NCBI GenBank assembly: GCA_945948535.1
Contig: CAMFBN010000002.1
Span: 240 to 64,239, forward strand
Direction: 5' to 3'
Source of the DNA: an uncultured Clostridia bacterium
GTDB taxonomy: Bacteria > Bacillota > Clostridia > Oscillospirales > Oscillospiraceae
Length of the DNA stretch: 64,000 bases
Shown: positions 35,166 through 44,908 of the stretch, one piece after another
How positions within the stretch are numbered: position 1 is the first letter of the stretch
Layout: each line of letters opens with the position of its first letter
Made by a program: the position numbers and the translations under genes
The notes under the pieces: model-generated
Databases searched by the model: none
What the model saw: the letters and a program-made list of their open reading frames with translations, nothing else
What the model was told of the DNA's origin: nothing

Positions 35166-36391
35166 AGGAAATGCTGGAAGCGGCAAAAGCTGCGAAATCA
35201 AAAATTGCCTGCCTGACGGCGCAGGAGAAAAATGCTGCCCTGAACGCCATGGCGGACAGCCTGATAAGCTGTGAAGAAGCCATTCTTGACGCAAACGCTT
35301 TGGATTTGAAAGCCGCCAAGGGGCATGTGTCCGATGTGATGCTGGATCGTCTCCGCCTGACCACTGACCGAATCGCCGGGATGGCCCGGGGCATCCGGGA
35401 GGTGGCGGGGCTTCCCGACCCGGTGGGGCTGACGCTGGAAAGCCATACCCGCCCGGACGGGCTGAAAATCGACAAGGTTTCCGTTCCCATGGGTGTGATT
35501 GCAATAATTTACGAGAGCCGGCCCAACGTCACCAGCGACGCGGAGGCGCTGGCCTTAAAAAGCGGCAACGTCTGCATCCTCCGGGGCGGCAAGGAGGCCT
35601 TCCGTAGCGCGAACGCCATTGTGAATGCACTGAGAATGGGACTGAAATCCGTCGGAATCCCGGAAACGGCGGTCAATTTGGTGCAGGACACCAGCCGGGA
35701 CAGTGCGGTTGCGCTCATGACGGCAAACGGCTATGTAGACCTACTGATTCCCCGGGGCGGCGCGGGTCTGATTTCCGCCTGTGTCCGCAATGCCACGGTG
35801 CCCTGCATCGCCACCGGCACGGGCATCTGCCACGTCTATGTGGAGAAAACCGCCGATCAGAACATGGCTCTGAATATCATCGAGAACGCCAAAACCAGCC
35901 GCCCCAGCGTGTGCAACGCCGAGGAGGTGCTGCTCATTGACAGGGCAATCGCCGCCGAATTTCTGCCAAAGCTCCACGCACGCATTGGGCAAAAGGTGGA
36001 GCTGCGGCTGGATGAAGAAGCGGCAAAGTACATTCCCGGCACCCCGGCGGGGGAGAAGGACTTCGACACGGAATTTTTGGACTACATCCTTGCGGTCAAA
36101 TGCGTGGAGAACGTTCAGCAAGCCGTGGCCCACATTTCCGCCCACTCCACAGGCCACAGCGAGGCCGTCGTCACCACCGACCCGGCGGCGGAGCAGTACT
36201 TTACCGCCAATGTGGACAGCGCGGCGGTGTATGTCAACGCCTCCACCCGGTTCACCGACGGCGGCGAATTTGGCTTAGGCTGCGAAATGGGCATCTCCAC
36301 CCAGAAGCTCCACGCCCGTGGGCCCATGGGTCTGCGGGAGCTGACCACCTATAAGTACATCATTCACGGAAACGGACAGGTGAGAGTATGA
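35162..36391 (+). CDS. proA: Gamma-glutamyl phosphate reductase
   Basis: [37 protein letters not shown]. Confidence 0.97.
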   Translation: MKEMLEAAKAAKSKIACLTAQEKNAALNAMADSLISCEEAILDANALDLKAAKGHVSDVMLDRLRLTTDRIAGMARGIREVAGLPDPVGLTLESHTRPDGLKIDKVSVPMGVIAIIYESRPNVTSDAEALALKSGNVCILRGGKEAFRSANAIVNALRMGLKSVGIPETAVNLVQDTSRDSAVALMTANGYVDLLIPRGGAGLISACVRNATVPCIATGTGICHVYVEKTADQNMALNIIENAKTSRPSVCNAEEVLLIDRAIAAEFLPKLHARIGQKVELRLDEEAAKYIPGTPAGEKDFDTEFLDYILAVKCVENVQQAVAHISAHSTGHSEAVVTTDPAAEQYFTANVDSAAVYVNASTRFTDGGEFGLGCEMGISTQKLHARGPMGLRELTTYKYIIHGNGQVRV

Positions 36392-37173
36392 AATATGGAT
36401 TTTTAGGCTGCGGCAACATGGGCGGGGCCATTGCCCGGGCGCTGAGCGGGAAAACGAAGGACATCGCCGTGTCGGACCGCTCCGGCAAGGCAAAGCAGCT
36501 TGCACAGGAGTTGGGGGTTGCGTATTCGGATAATGCTTCCATTGCGTCAAGCTGTGACCGGATTTTTCTCGCGGTGAAGCCCCATATGATGAAGGATATG
36601 CTTGCGCCGCTTCAGGATGCGCTGGCAGAACGGAAGCCTCTGCTCATCACCATGGCGGCGGGTCTGGAAATCCGGCAGATCGAGGAATTTGCGGGCACCC
36701 ATCTGCCGGTGATCCGTATTATGCCCAACACGCCCACCTCCGTGGGCAAGGGCGTGATTCCCTACTGCGCAAACGAACTGGTGACGGAGGACATGAAAGC
36801 GGACTGGCTGGCAGATATGTCAGAATGCGGCCTGCTGGATGCGTTGGAGGAACGGCTGATGGACGCTGCCAGCGCCCTGTCCGGCAGCGGCCCGGCGTAT
36901 CTCTATCTCATGCTGGAAGCCATGGCGGACGGCGGCGTTGCCTGCGGCCTGCCCCGGGCGAAGGCTCTGGACTACGCCGCCATGACCATGGCAGGGGCGG
37001 CGGAAATCTACCTTTCCACCCACACCCACCCCGGCGCGTTGAAGGACGCGGTGTGCTCCCCCGGCGGCAGCACCATCGCGGGAGTTCGGGTGCTGGAAGA
37101 GCGGGGCTTCCGGGGGGCGGCGATGAACTGCGTCTGCGCCGCGTATGCGAAAAATAAGGAATTGGGGAAATAA
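36388..37173 (+). CDS. proC: Pyrroline-5-carboxylate reductase
   Basis: [29 protein letters not shown]. Confidence 0.96.
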   Translation: MKYGFLGCGNMGGAIARALSGKTKDIAVSDRSGKAKQLAQELGVAYSDNASIASSCDRIFLAVKPHMMKDMLAPLQDALAERKPLLITMAAGLEIRQIEEFAGTHLPVIRIMPNTPTSVGKGVIPYCANELVTEDMKADWLADMSECGLLDALEERLMDAASALSGSGPAYLYLMLEAMADGGVACGLPRAKALDYAAMTMAGAAEIYLSTHTHPGALKDAVCSPGGSTIAGVRVLEERGFRGAAMNCVCAAYAKNKELGK

Positions 37174-37175
37174 CG

Positions 37176-38183
37176 ATGGAATACAGAATTTTAGGAAAAA
37201 CCGGCTTGAAGATTTCCCGCATGGGCTTTGGGGGCATTCCCATCCAGCGCATTGACGCGGAAGGGGCGAAGACGCTGATTCACGAATTGAAGGACGCCGG
37301 TGTGAATTTTATCGACACCGCCCGGGGCTATACCGTCAGCGAGGAATACTTAGGCTACGCTCTGGAGGGCATCCGGGAGAATTTTGTCGTCGCCACCAAG
37401 AGTATGTCCCGGACGAAGGAGGCCATGGCGGCGGATATTGACATAAGCCTGAAAAATTTAAGAACGGGCTACATCGACCTGTACCAGCTTCACAACCTGC
37501 CCCCGGAGCAGCTGGCGGTGGTCACGGCCCCCGGCGGCGCGCTGGAAGCGCTGTTGGAAGCGAAGGCCGCCGGAAAGATCCGCCACATTGGCATGACCTC
37601 CCATTCTCTGGACACCTTCCGCATGGCGCTGGAGCTGCCCTGGGTGGAGACCTTCATGTTCCCTTATAATATTGTAGAGACTCAGGCGGAAGACCTGATT
37701 GCAAAAGCGGCGGAAAAGAACATCGGCTTTATCTGCATGAAGCCCCTGGCCGGCGGCGCCATCGAGGAAGCCACCCTGGCGCTGCGCTACGTCTGCGCCA
37801 ACCCCAACGTCACCGTGGTGATTCCCGGCATGGCAGAGCCAAAGGAACTGCAGCAGAATCTGGCGGCGGCTTCCGACACTTCCGAGCTGACACAGGAGGA
37901 GAAGGCGGGCTTCCAGAAAATCCGCAGCGCGCTTGGCACCCAGTTCTGCCGCCGGTGCAACTACTGCCAGCCCTGCAGCGCGGGCATCAACATTTCCGGC
38001 GCCTTCCTGTTTGACGGCTACCTGCAGCGTTACGGCCTGGCGGACTGGGCCAGGAGCCGCTACATGGCCATGGAGAAAAAAGCCTCCGACTGCATCGGCT
38101 GCGGCGCCTGCGAGCAGCGGTGTCCGTACCAGCTGCCTATCCGGAAGATGCTTTCCAAGGTTGCCGAGCATTTTGGGGAATGA
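37176..38183 (+). CDS. Aldo/keto reductase with C-terminal 4Fe-4S domain
   Basis: IDTARGY, IDLYQLH, CRRCNYCQPC, CIGCGACEQRCP. Confidence 0.92.
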   Translation: MEYRILGKTGLKISRMGFGGIPIQRIDAEGAKTLIHELKDAGVNFIDTARGYTVSEEYLGYALEGIRENFVVATKSMSRTKEAMAADIDISLKNLRTGYIDLYQLHNLPPEQLAVVTAPGGALEALLEAKAAGKIRHIGMTSHSLDTFRMALELPWVETFMFPYNIVETQAEDLIAKAAEKNIGFICMKPLAGGAIEEATLALRYVCANPNVTVVIPGMAEPKELQQNLAAASDTSELTQEEKAGFQKIRSALGTQFCRRCNYCQPCSAGINISGAFLFDGYLQRYGLADWARSRYMAMEKKASDCIGCGACEQRCPYQLPIRKMLSKVAEHFGE

Positions 38184-38193
38184 GGAAATCGCC

Positions 38194-39123
38194 ATGAAGA
38201 AATACAGATTGATCTTGCTCCACGTAGTTGTGCTGATGCTGCTGGCGGTCCTGACACTGAAGTTTACGGAAGAAATTCAAGTGCTGAAGAAGACAGTCAA
38301 GGCTGCGGTGACACATAGGATCGAAGCGACACAAAGCGATGGAAGCCTGCTGGCGGATGTGGAGCCTGCGGTGAACAATGCGGATGCTTGGTATAATAGA
38401 TGCCGCATAATCTATCATGCCGGAGGCGGAATCAACGGTCACACCTATACAAATTCTGCTGAGGCGGTGGAAAAGACCCTTGCAGAGAACCCGGGTGTGT
38501 GCTTTATCGAAATGGATTTCCGCATGACCAGCGATAATGTGCTTGTATGCGTGCATGAATGGAGTGATGCGTGTCTGAATCAGACGAAGGCGCCTTCATT
38601 GCAGGAGTTCCTTTCGTGGAAAATTCTGGGGGAGTATTCGCCGCTGACTGCGGAAGACTTCCTGCGGATTATGGCTGAAAACGCGGATTTGTACCTGATT
38701 ACGGATTTCAAGGGCACATCGGCGCACCCGCTGCCGGAGATGGCCGCGGAACTTGTCAGATTGAGCGGACGGGACGAGTCAATTTTGAACCGAGTGATTA
38801 TCGAACTGCACGGGGAAAATGATAAAGAGGAAATCCTGAAGATGTACCCCTTCGATGATGACCAATTCATTTTTTCACCTTATGCAATCGGCGGATGGAG
38901 GCCTGAAATCGCATCCTTATGCAGCCGGCAGAATATCACGGTAATTGCAACGGACCGTTATGAAATTCCCGATGATGAATTGGCGGCGCTGCGGGAACTG
39001 GGATATGTGGTGTACGAGTTTACAGTAAACCGCTTGGATGAGGCCCGTATCAGGATGGAGCAGGGAGTCTGCGGGTTTTACACAGATTATCTGACGCCGG
39101 AGGATTTGCTGCCGCCATCGTAA
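38194..39123 (+). CDS. Exported glycerophosphodiester-phosphodiesterase-like protein
   Basis: N-terminal TM; YHAGGG...YTNSAEA, IEMDFRMTSD..LVCVHEW, LITDFK, GFYTD. Confidence 0.7.
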   Translation: MKKYRLILLHVVVLMLLAVLTLKFTEEIQVLKKTVKAAVTHRIEATQSDGSLLADVEPAVNNADAWYNRCRIIYHAGGGINGHTYTNSAEAVEKTLAENPGVCFIEMDFRMTSDNVLVCVHEWSDACLNQTKAPSLQEFLSWKILGEYSPLTAEDFLRIMAENADLYLITDFKGTSAHPLPEMAAELVRLSGRDESILNRVIIELHGENDKEEILKMYPFDDDQFIFSPYAIGGWRPEIASLCSRQNITVIATDRYEIPDDELAALRELGYVVYEFTVNRLDEARIRMEQGVCGFYTDYLTPEDLLPPS

Positions 39124-39198
39124 CAAAATTGCGGTATGATTGTCTGTGGCAATCATACCGCAATTATTCTGTGACGTTTACAGCGCCGCATTTTCGTA

Positions 39199-39918
39199 TC
39201 AGGAACGAATACCAAACAGAGGCCGGGCAACCCGTTTGTAGAGCAGCAGCGTCAGCACGGAAACCATGGCACCCTTCACCACGTTCAGGGGAGCCACGCA
39301 CATGACCACGAAGGTGGTCACGTTGTGGATGCTGGGATGAATGGCAGCGCCCATGCCGATGATGGCATCCAGGGGCATTCCGTACAGCTCCGCAAACTTG
39401 GGCAGCAGGTACACAGCATTGAAGGCGGTGCCGAACACGGACATGCACACGGTGCCTAAAATCAGGCCGATGATGGCGCTGTGCTTGCTTTTATGCACAT
39501 GATACCAGATGGCAGCGGGCAGGACGAAGGAGCAGCCCACCACGAAATTGGCAAGATCGCCCACGAAAGCGGTGGAGGTGCCCTTGAGCAGCAGCTTCAG
39601 CAGAATCTTGATGCCCTCGCAGACCACCGTGGCGGAGGGCCCCAGATAGAAGCCGCACAGCAGCACCGGCAATTCGGAAAAGTCCAGCTTGTAGAAGCCG
39701 GGGGCGAGGAAGGGAATGGCAAAATCCAGAACGTGCAGCACCGTGGCGATGGCGGCGCAGATGCCGATGATGCTGACCCGGCGGGCGGGGGTTACCTTAC
39801 GCCGTTCCGGCAGGAAATGCTCCGCCAGCTTGGCAAGCAAAGCAAGTCCCACCACAAGGGCGATGCAGGTCATAACAAAAGTGAGATTTTCCGCGATTTG
39901 TGTCCAAAGAGTAGCCAT
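39199..39918 (-). CDS. ribU: ECF transporter S component, riboflavin (RibU-like)
   Basis: KLDFSELP...GFYLGP...GDLANF; lies under an FMN riboswitch. Confidence 0.88.
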   Translation of the reverse strand: MATLWTQIAENLTFVMTCIALVVGLALLAKLAEHFLPERRKVTPARRVSIIGICAAIATVLHVLDFAIPFLAPGFYKLDFSELPVLLCGFYLGPSATVVCEGIKILLKLLLKGTSTAFVGDLANFVVGCSFVLPAAIWYHVHKSKHSAIIGLILGTVCMSVFGTAFNAVYLLPKFAELYGMPLDAIIGMGAAIHPSIHNVTTFVVMCVAPLNVVKGAMVSVLTLLLYKRVARPLFGIRS

Positions 39919-40002
39919 AATTACCGTCTCCTGTGCAAAAAAATGCGCCCCGGGAATGGACCCAGGGCGTGAAAATAAACGCAAGTATGATCTTTCCTTG
40001 CG

Positions 40003-40119
40003 TATCTTCTTCCATCCAGACTATACTGTCGGTATCGGAGTTTCACCGATTCGGCACGTTTTCACGCGCTCGCGGACTTTACCGCCGGTGGGGAATTGCG
40101 CCCCGCCCTGAAGATACTG
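40003..40119 (-). ncRNA. FMN riboswitch (RFN element)
   Basis: TATCTTCAGGGCGGGGCGCAATTCCCCACCGGCGGTAAAGTCCGCGAG...GACAGTATAGTCTGGATGGAAGAAG. Confidence 0.96.
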
Positions 40120-40202
40120 TTCAGTTCCCCTACACCATAGCACGTATGCAGTGGCTTGTCAAGGGGCAGATGACGTGGTATACTAAAAAAACGCTAAAGG
40201 AG

Positions 40203-40396
40203 AATTGAATTGACAATTGACAATGAACAATTGACAATTGTGGTATCCCTTCGGGATGAATTAAAATAAACTACAAGCACGAAATACCTGCGGTTTTTCC
40301 ATAGGAACCTGCCAGTTATGACATTTTTTAATTGTCCCGCAGGGACTCCTAAATTGTCAACCGTCAATTGTCAATTGTCAACTAAAGGACAATTTA
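40203..40396 (-). repeat. Heptamer-arm element, long type, copy 3 (inverted)
   Basis: Reverse complement of copies 1 and 2; hairpins 40245-40257 and 40334-40346. Confidence 0.92.
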
Positions 40397-40402
40397 TCGG
40401 CC

Positions 40403-40945
40403 TTACCGGGCGGTGTCCGGCTGGGAGGCCTGGGTGGGGGCGGTTGTTACGGAGGGGACGGTGGACGGCGTGACCGGCTTTGCGGTCTTTTCCGGCATTT
40501 TGAAGCCCCGAATCTGCCCGTTTGGCGCGGAATCCGTCACGTCTCCGCCGATAATTTCGTTTTTGTAGATCAGCAGCGTGGCGTACACCGGCTCTGTGGC
40601 CCCGGGGTAGTTGCTGACTTTATAGACGTAGCGCATGACCTTTTTTCCGGCGAATTTGCTCAGGTCATAGCCCTGACTTTTTTGCAGATTGTTGTACCGC
40701 TCAAACACCGGACTGCTTTCACTGGGGATTTTCACCTGACTGGACTCCACCGGAGAAGTGGTGACCTCCCAGCCGAAATCCGTGAGGAACTTCACCCGCG
40801 CGTCATTGCTGCTCACGGCGGGGGCGGAGGTCTGGGTGCTTTTATTCCCGCCCAGCAGGGCGATCAGCGCCAGAATCAGGGCGGCCACCGCCGCCAGGGC
40901 CAGCAATACTTTTTTCAGATTGACCTTTGCGGTCATAACCATCAT
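40403..40945 (-). CDS. DUF4830-like membrane-anchored protein
   Basis: RVKFLTDFGWEV...IPSE...YNNLQKSQGYDL...YPGA...IIGGDV. Confidence 0.75.
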   Translation of the reverse strand: MMVMTAKVNLKKVLLALAAVAALILALIALLGGNKSTQTSAPAVSSNDARVKFLTDFGWEVTTSPVESSQVKIPSESSPVFERYNNLQKSQGYDLSKFAGKKVMRYVYKVSNYPGATEPVYATLLIYKNEIIGGDVTDSAPNGQIRGFKMPEKTAKPVTPSTVPSVTTAPTQASQPDTAR

Positions 40946-41014
40946 AATAATCCCTCCCGGTTTGCTTTGTGCTAAAGCCTATGCCGGGACGGGGCCGGGT
41001 AGAACGGAGGAACC

Positions 41015-41716
41015 ATGGACAGGTTGGACAAATTTCTGTGCGGCAGCGGTGCGGGCACCCGCTCTCAGGTGAAGACCATTCTGAAAGCGGGCCGGGTCAC
41101 GGTGGACGGCGCTGTGGAAAAGGACGGCAGCCGGAAAATAGACCCCGACACCCAGGCGGTGACTTTGGATGGAAGTATTCTCGGCGGGAAACGCCGCCTT
41201 GTGGTCATGCTGAACAAACCGGCGGGCTACGTGACCGCTACGGAGGATGCCCGGCAGAAAACGGTGATGGAGCTGCTTCCAAAGCAGTGGGCGCACCTGA
41301 ATCTCAAGCCCGTGGGGCGGCTGGACAAGGACACCGAGGGCCTGCTGCTGTTTACCAATGACGGGGAACTCCTGCACCGGCTGATTTCTCCAAAGCAGGC
41401 GGTGCCCAAGGTCTACTACGCCCGGCATGAGGGTCAGGCAGGGGCGGCGGACGTGACCGCTTTTGCGGAGGGCCTGACGCTGGGGGATGGAACCGTGTGC
41501 CTCCCGGCGGTTTTGCAGCCGCTGGGGCCGGGAGAAAGTCTCATTACCGTCTGCGAGGGAAAATACCATCAGGTGCGCCGGATGATGGCATCCCGGAATA
41601 TGACCGTGTCGTACCTTGAGCGGCGGCAGGAAGGCCAGCTCTCGCTGGACGGCCTGCCCAGAGGACAGGCCCGGGAGCTGCTGCCGGAGGAGGTTCTGGC
41701 TCTGGAGGGCAAATAG
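41015..41716 (+). CDS. RsuA-family pseudouridine synthase
   Basis: RLDKFL (S4), NKPAGYV, VGRLDKDTEGLLL, EGKYHQVRRM. Confidence 0.93.
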   Translation: MDRLDKFLCGSGAGTRSQVKTILKAGRVTVDGAVEKDGSRKIDPDTQAVTLDGSILGGKRRLVVMLNKPAGYVTATEDARQKTVMELLPKQWAHLNLKPVGRLDKDTEGLLLFTNDGELLHRLISPKQAVPKVYYARHEGQAGAADVTAFAEGLTLGDGTVCLPAVLQPLGPGESLITVCEGKYHQVRRMMASRNMTVSYLERRQEGQLSLDGLPRGQARELLPEEVLALEGK

Positions 41717-41949
41717 ACCGGAAGTGTTTGTGAACCGGGGACGGATGCCCGGCAGCGGTCAATTTGCTGGTGGTTTTGGCCCGTACGGCTGGAGGAATTT
41801 GGCAGTAGTTGGTATAATACCTAAAAAATCGAACAGATTTTGCAGTAAAATGTCAAAAGGTACTTGCAATGTGCGCAAAAGCTGTGTATAATAACAATGC
41901 AATTTTGTGAAATGCGCATTTGTGCAAGATACTAAGGAGTGACAGAAAG

Positions 41950-43038
41950 ATGTCCAATAGTGTTTTTCAGAGCGTCATCGTCCAGCTGAGGGATATTTCC
42001 GACCGTGTTTTCGGTGTGATCGACACGGAGGGCTGTGTGATCTCCTGCACCGATGTGTCCATGCTCGGCGAGCGCTGGGCGGACGCGGCGCTGAAGGTCG
42101 GCAACGCCTCTGACGGCATCGTCACCTTTGCGCAGAAGAGCTTCAAGGCCATCATGGGCAGTTCCAACTACTTTGAGTATGCCGTGTTCTGCTCCGGTGA
42201 TGACGAGACGGCGAAAAGCTTCTGCCAGATGGCGTTCATTGCCCTGAACGACGCCAAGACCTTCTATGAGGAAAAGCACGACCGGGGCACCTTTGTCAAG
42301 AATATTATCATGGACAACATCCTGCCCGGCGATATTTACATCCGGGCCAAGGAGCTGCACTTTGCCACGGACTCGCCCCGGGCGGTGTTCCTGATCCGTC
42401 AGGTGGGCCACAGCGATGTGGCGACGGTGGACGTGCTGACCGCCATGTTCCCGGACAAGATGCAGGATTTCGTCCTGTCCATCAATGAGACGGACGTGGC
42501 GGTGGTCAAGCAGGTCAGCGGCAACGTCACCGCCGAGGACATGGAAAAGGTTGCCCAGAGCATGGAGGAGACGCTGAAGAACGAGCTTCGCATCAAGACC
42601 ATCATCGGCATCGGCACCGTGGCGGAGCATCTGCGGGAGCTGGCGGATTCCTACAAGGAAGCCCAGACCGCCATCGAGGTGGGCAAGGTTTTTGACACCG
42701 AGAAGAGCATCATGCACTATGAGAATCTGGGCATCGGGCGTCTTATCTACCAGCTGCCCACCACCCTGTGCGAAATTTTCCTGAAGGAAGTTTTCAAGAA
42801 GAATTCTCTGGATTCTCTGGATCAGGAAACCCTGTTCACCATCAACAAGTTCTTTGAGAACAGCCTGAATGTGTCCGAGACCTCCCGGAAGCTGTTCGTC
42901 CACCGCAACACTCTGGTGTACCGCCTGGAAAAGATCCGCAAGCTGACGGGACTTGACCTGCGGCAGTTCGACCACGCCATTGTCTTCCGGGTCGCGCTGA
43001 TGGTTCGCCAGTACCTGGCTTCCCGGGAAAACCGGTAA
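41950..43038 (+). CDS. CdaR/PucR-family transcriptional regulator
   Basis: GGDEF-like centre; C-terminal NLNVSETSRKLFVHRNTLVYRLEKI. Confidence 0.92.
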   Translation: MSNSVFQSVIVQLRDISDRVFGVIDTEGCVISCTDVSMLGERWADAALKVGNASDGIVTFAQKSFKAIMGSSNYFEYAVFCSGDDETAKSFCQMAFIALNDAKTFYEEKHDRGTFVKNIIMDNILPGDIYIRAKELHFATDSPRAVFLIRQVGHSDVATVDVLTAMFPDKMQDFVLSINETDVAVVKQVSGNVTAEDMEKVAQSMEETLKNELRIKTIIGIGTVAEHLRELADSYKEAQTAIEVGKVFDTEKSIMHYENLGIGRLIYQLPTTLCEIFLKEVFKKNSLDSLDQETLFTINKFFENSLNVSETSRKLFVHRNTLVYRLEKIRKLTGLDLRQFDHAIVFRVALMVRQYLASRENR

Positions 43039-43191
43039 ACTGCATACCAACGCGGAGCCGCCTTGCGCGGCTCCGTTTTCCTGATGCCGGAATGGTTTCC
43101 ATAACTCCCGGAAATTTCCAATTTTCCTGTGTTGAAACTATGGATTATTTGTGAATTCTTGCGGGCAGCAGTCAAAAATGACGGTTAGTCA

Positions 43192-43220
43192 TTGACAACA
43201 GTTGCACAATGTGTTACAAT
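43192..43220 (+). promoter_or_regulatory. sigma-A promoter of ftsEX
   Basis: TTGACA-17-TACAAT with TG extension. Confidence 0.7.
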
Positions 43221-43282
43221 TCGGTTACATGCGAGCAGACTCGGGTGCGCCCGGGGCTGCCTGAATACAGGAGATTATACAT

Positions 43283-43972
43283 ATGATTGAATTTAACAAT
43301 GTAGTAAAATCCTACGAACAGGGAAATAAAGCGCTGAACGGCGTTTCCATGCAGATTGAGGACGGGGAGTTCTGCTTCCTCATTGGCCCCTCCGGCTCCG
43401 GCAAGTCTACCATCATCAAGCTGATTACCGGCGAGCTGAAGCCTACCTCGGGCACCGTCCATGTCAACGGCTACTCTCTGGAGCGGATCCGCAAGCGGGA
43501 GATTCCCTACCTGCGCCGTACCGTCGGCGTTGTGTTTCAGGACTACCGCCTGATCGATAAGATGACCGTCTATGAGAACGTGGCCTTCGCCATGCGGGTT
43601 GTGGGCGCCCGGGAGAAGGAAATCAAGGATCGTGTGCCCTATGTGCTGGAGCTGGTTGGCCTGGAGAGCAAAATGAACCGCCATCCCCATGAGATGTCCG
43701 GTGGTGAGCAGCAGAGACTGGCCATTGCCCGTGCTCTGGTGAACAATCCCTCCACCATTATCGCCGACGAGCCCACCGGTAACCTGGACCCGGAACGCTC
43801 CTTTGAAATCATGGCGCTGCTGCAGGAAATCAACAACCTGGGCACCACCATGCTGGTGGTTACCCACGACCAGAATCTGGTGGAACTGTTCAACAAGCGG
43901 GTCATCAGCATCAACGAGGGCCTGGTTGTCAGCGACGGAACAGAGGAGGAGCAGACAGATGAAGCTGAATAA
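43283..43972 (+). CDS. ftsE: Cell division ATP-binding protein FtsE
   Basis: GPSGSGKST, VFQDYRL, SGGEQQR, ADEPTGNLD. Confidence 0.95.
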   Translation: MIEFNNVVKSYEQGNKALNGVSMQIEDGEFCFLIGPSGSGKSTIIKLITGELKPTSGTVHVNGYSLERIRKREIPYLRRTVGVVFQDYRLIDKMTVYENVAFAMRVVGAREKEIKDRVPYVLELVGLESKMNRHPHEMSGGEQQRLAIARALVNNPSTIIADEPTGNLDPERSFEIMALLQEINNLGTTMLVVTHDQNLVELFNKRVISINEGLVVSDGTEEEQTDEAE

Positions 43973-44846
43973 TCTTGGATATCTGCTGAAGGAAGGCTTC
44001 CGCGGCATCTTCCTTCATGGATTTATGTCCTTTGCCGCCGTGTGTGTGACGGTGGCGTGCCTGGTCATCGTGGGCAGCTTCTCCGCGCTGGCCTACAATC
44101 TGGACGAGATGGTGCAGGAGCTGAACCAGACCAGTGAAATCCTTGTCTACATAGACGCGGACCTGTCCGATGCCGAGGCAAGAAGCATCGGAACCAAAAT
44201 TAACCTTCTTGACAATGTGCTGCAGGCCACCTTCGTCTCCCGGGAGGAGGCCCTGCAGGACTTTGTCGCCGATCATGACGGCGACAGCGCATTCAGCGGC
44301 GTGCAGGCCAGCGACCTGCGCCACCGCTATGTGGTGACCCTTGAGGACAACACCAAGATGAAGGAGACGGACGCCCTGCTCAAGCAGCTGCCCGGCGTGG
44401 CGAAGACCAACGCGGCCTATGAGCTGGCGGAGGGCTTTACCACCATTCAGAACGTGCTGCACATGGTGTCCGCGGCGGTCATTGTGGTGCTGCTCATCGT
44501 GTCGCTGCTGATTATTTCCAACACGGTTAAGCTTGCCATGTACGACCGGAAGGACGAAATCGCCATCATGAAGATGGTGGGCGCTACCAACGGCTTTATC
44601 CGCCTGCCCTTCGTGGTGGAGGGCTTTACGCTGGGCATGATGGGCGCCATTCTGGCCTTCGGTCTGGAATGGGTGGGCTACGACGCGCTGATTCAGAAAA
44701 TCGCCGCGGTGGATGCCCTGCAGCTGTTCAACTTTGTCCCCTTCCAGGAACTGCTGATTCCCATGGTGATTGTCTTTGCCGCCGCCGGTATGTTTGTCGG
44801 CATCGTGGGCAGCTGGACCTCCATCCGGAAGTTTATGAACGTGTAA
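43959..44846 (+). CDS. ftsX: Cell division permease FtsX
   Basis: EIAIMKMVGATNGFIRLPF; follows ftsE. Confidence 0.94.
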   Translation: MKLNNLGYLLKEGFRGIFLHGFMSFAAVCVTVACLVIVGSFSALAYNLDEMVQELNQTSEILVYIDADLSDAEARSIGTKINLLDNVLQATFVSREEALQDFVADHDGDSAFSGVQASDLRHRYVVTLEDNTKMKETDALLKQLPGVAKTNAAYELAEGFTTIQNVLHMVSAAVIVVLLIVSLLIISNTVKLAMYDRKDEIAIMKMVGATNGFIRLPFVVEGFTLGMMGAILAFGLEWVGYDALIQKIAAVDALQLFNFVPFQELLIPMVIVFAAAGMFVGIVGSWTSIRKFMNV

Positions 44847-44908
44847 GCGTCTCTTCGGGTGGAGCCGAACCGGCTCAGACAGAAATCTTGTTTAAGGAAC
44901 CACTTTTT

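Noticed and set aside
40203-40260. TTGACA-containing arms as ready-made promoters
   Set aside because: In the copy I checked (40203) there is no -10 hexamer 16-18 nt downstream of the TTGACA units; the match to the -35 consensus may be incidental.
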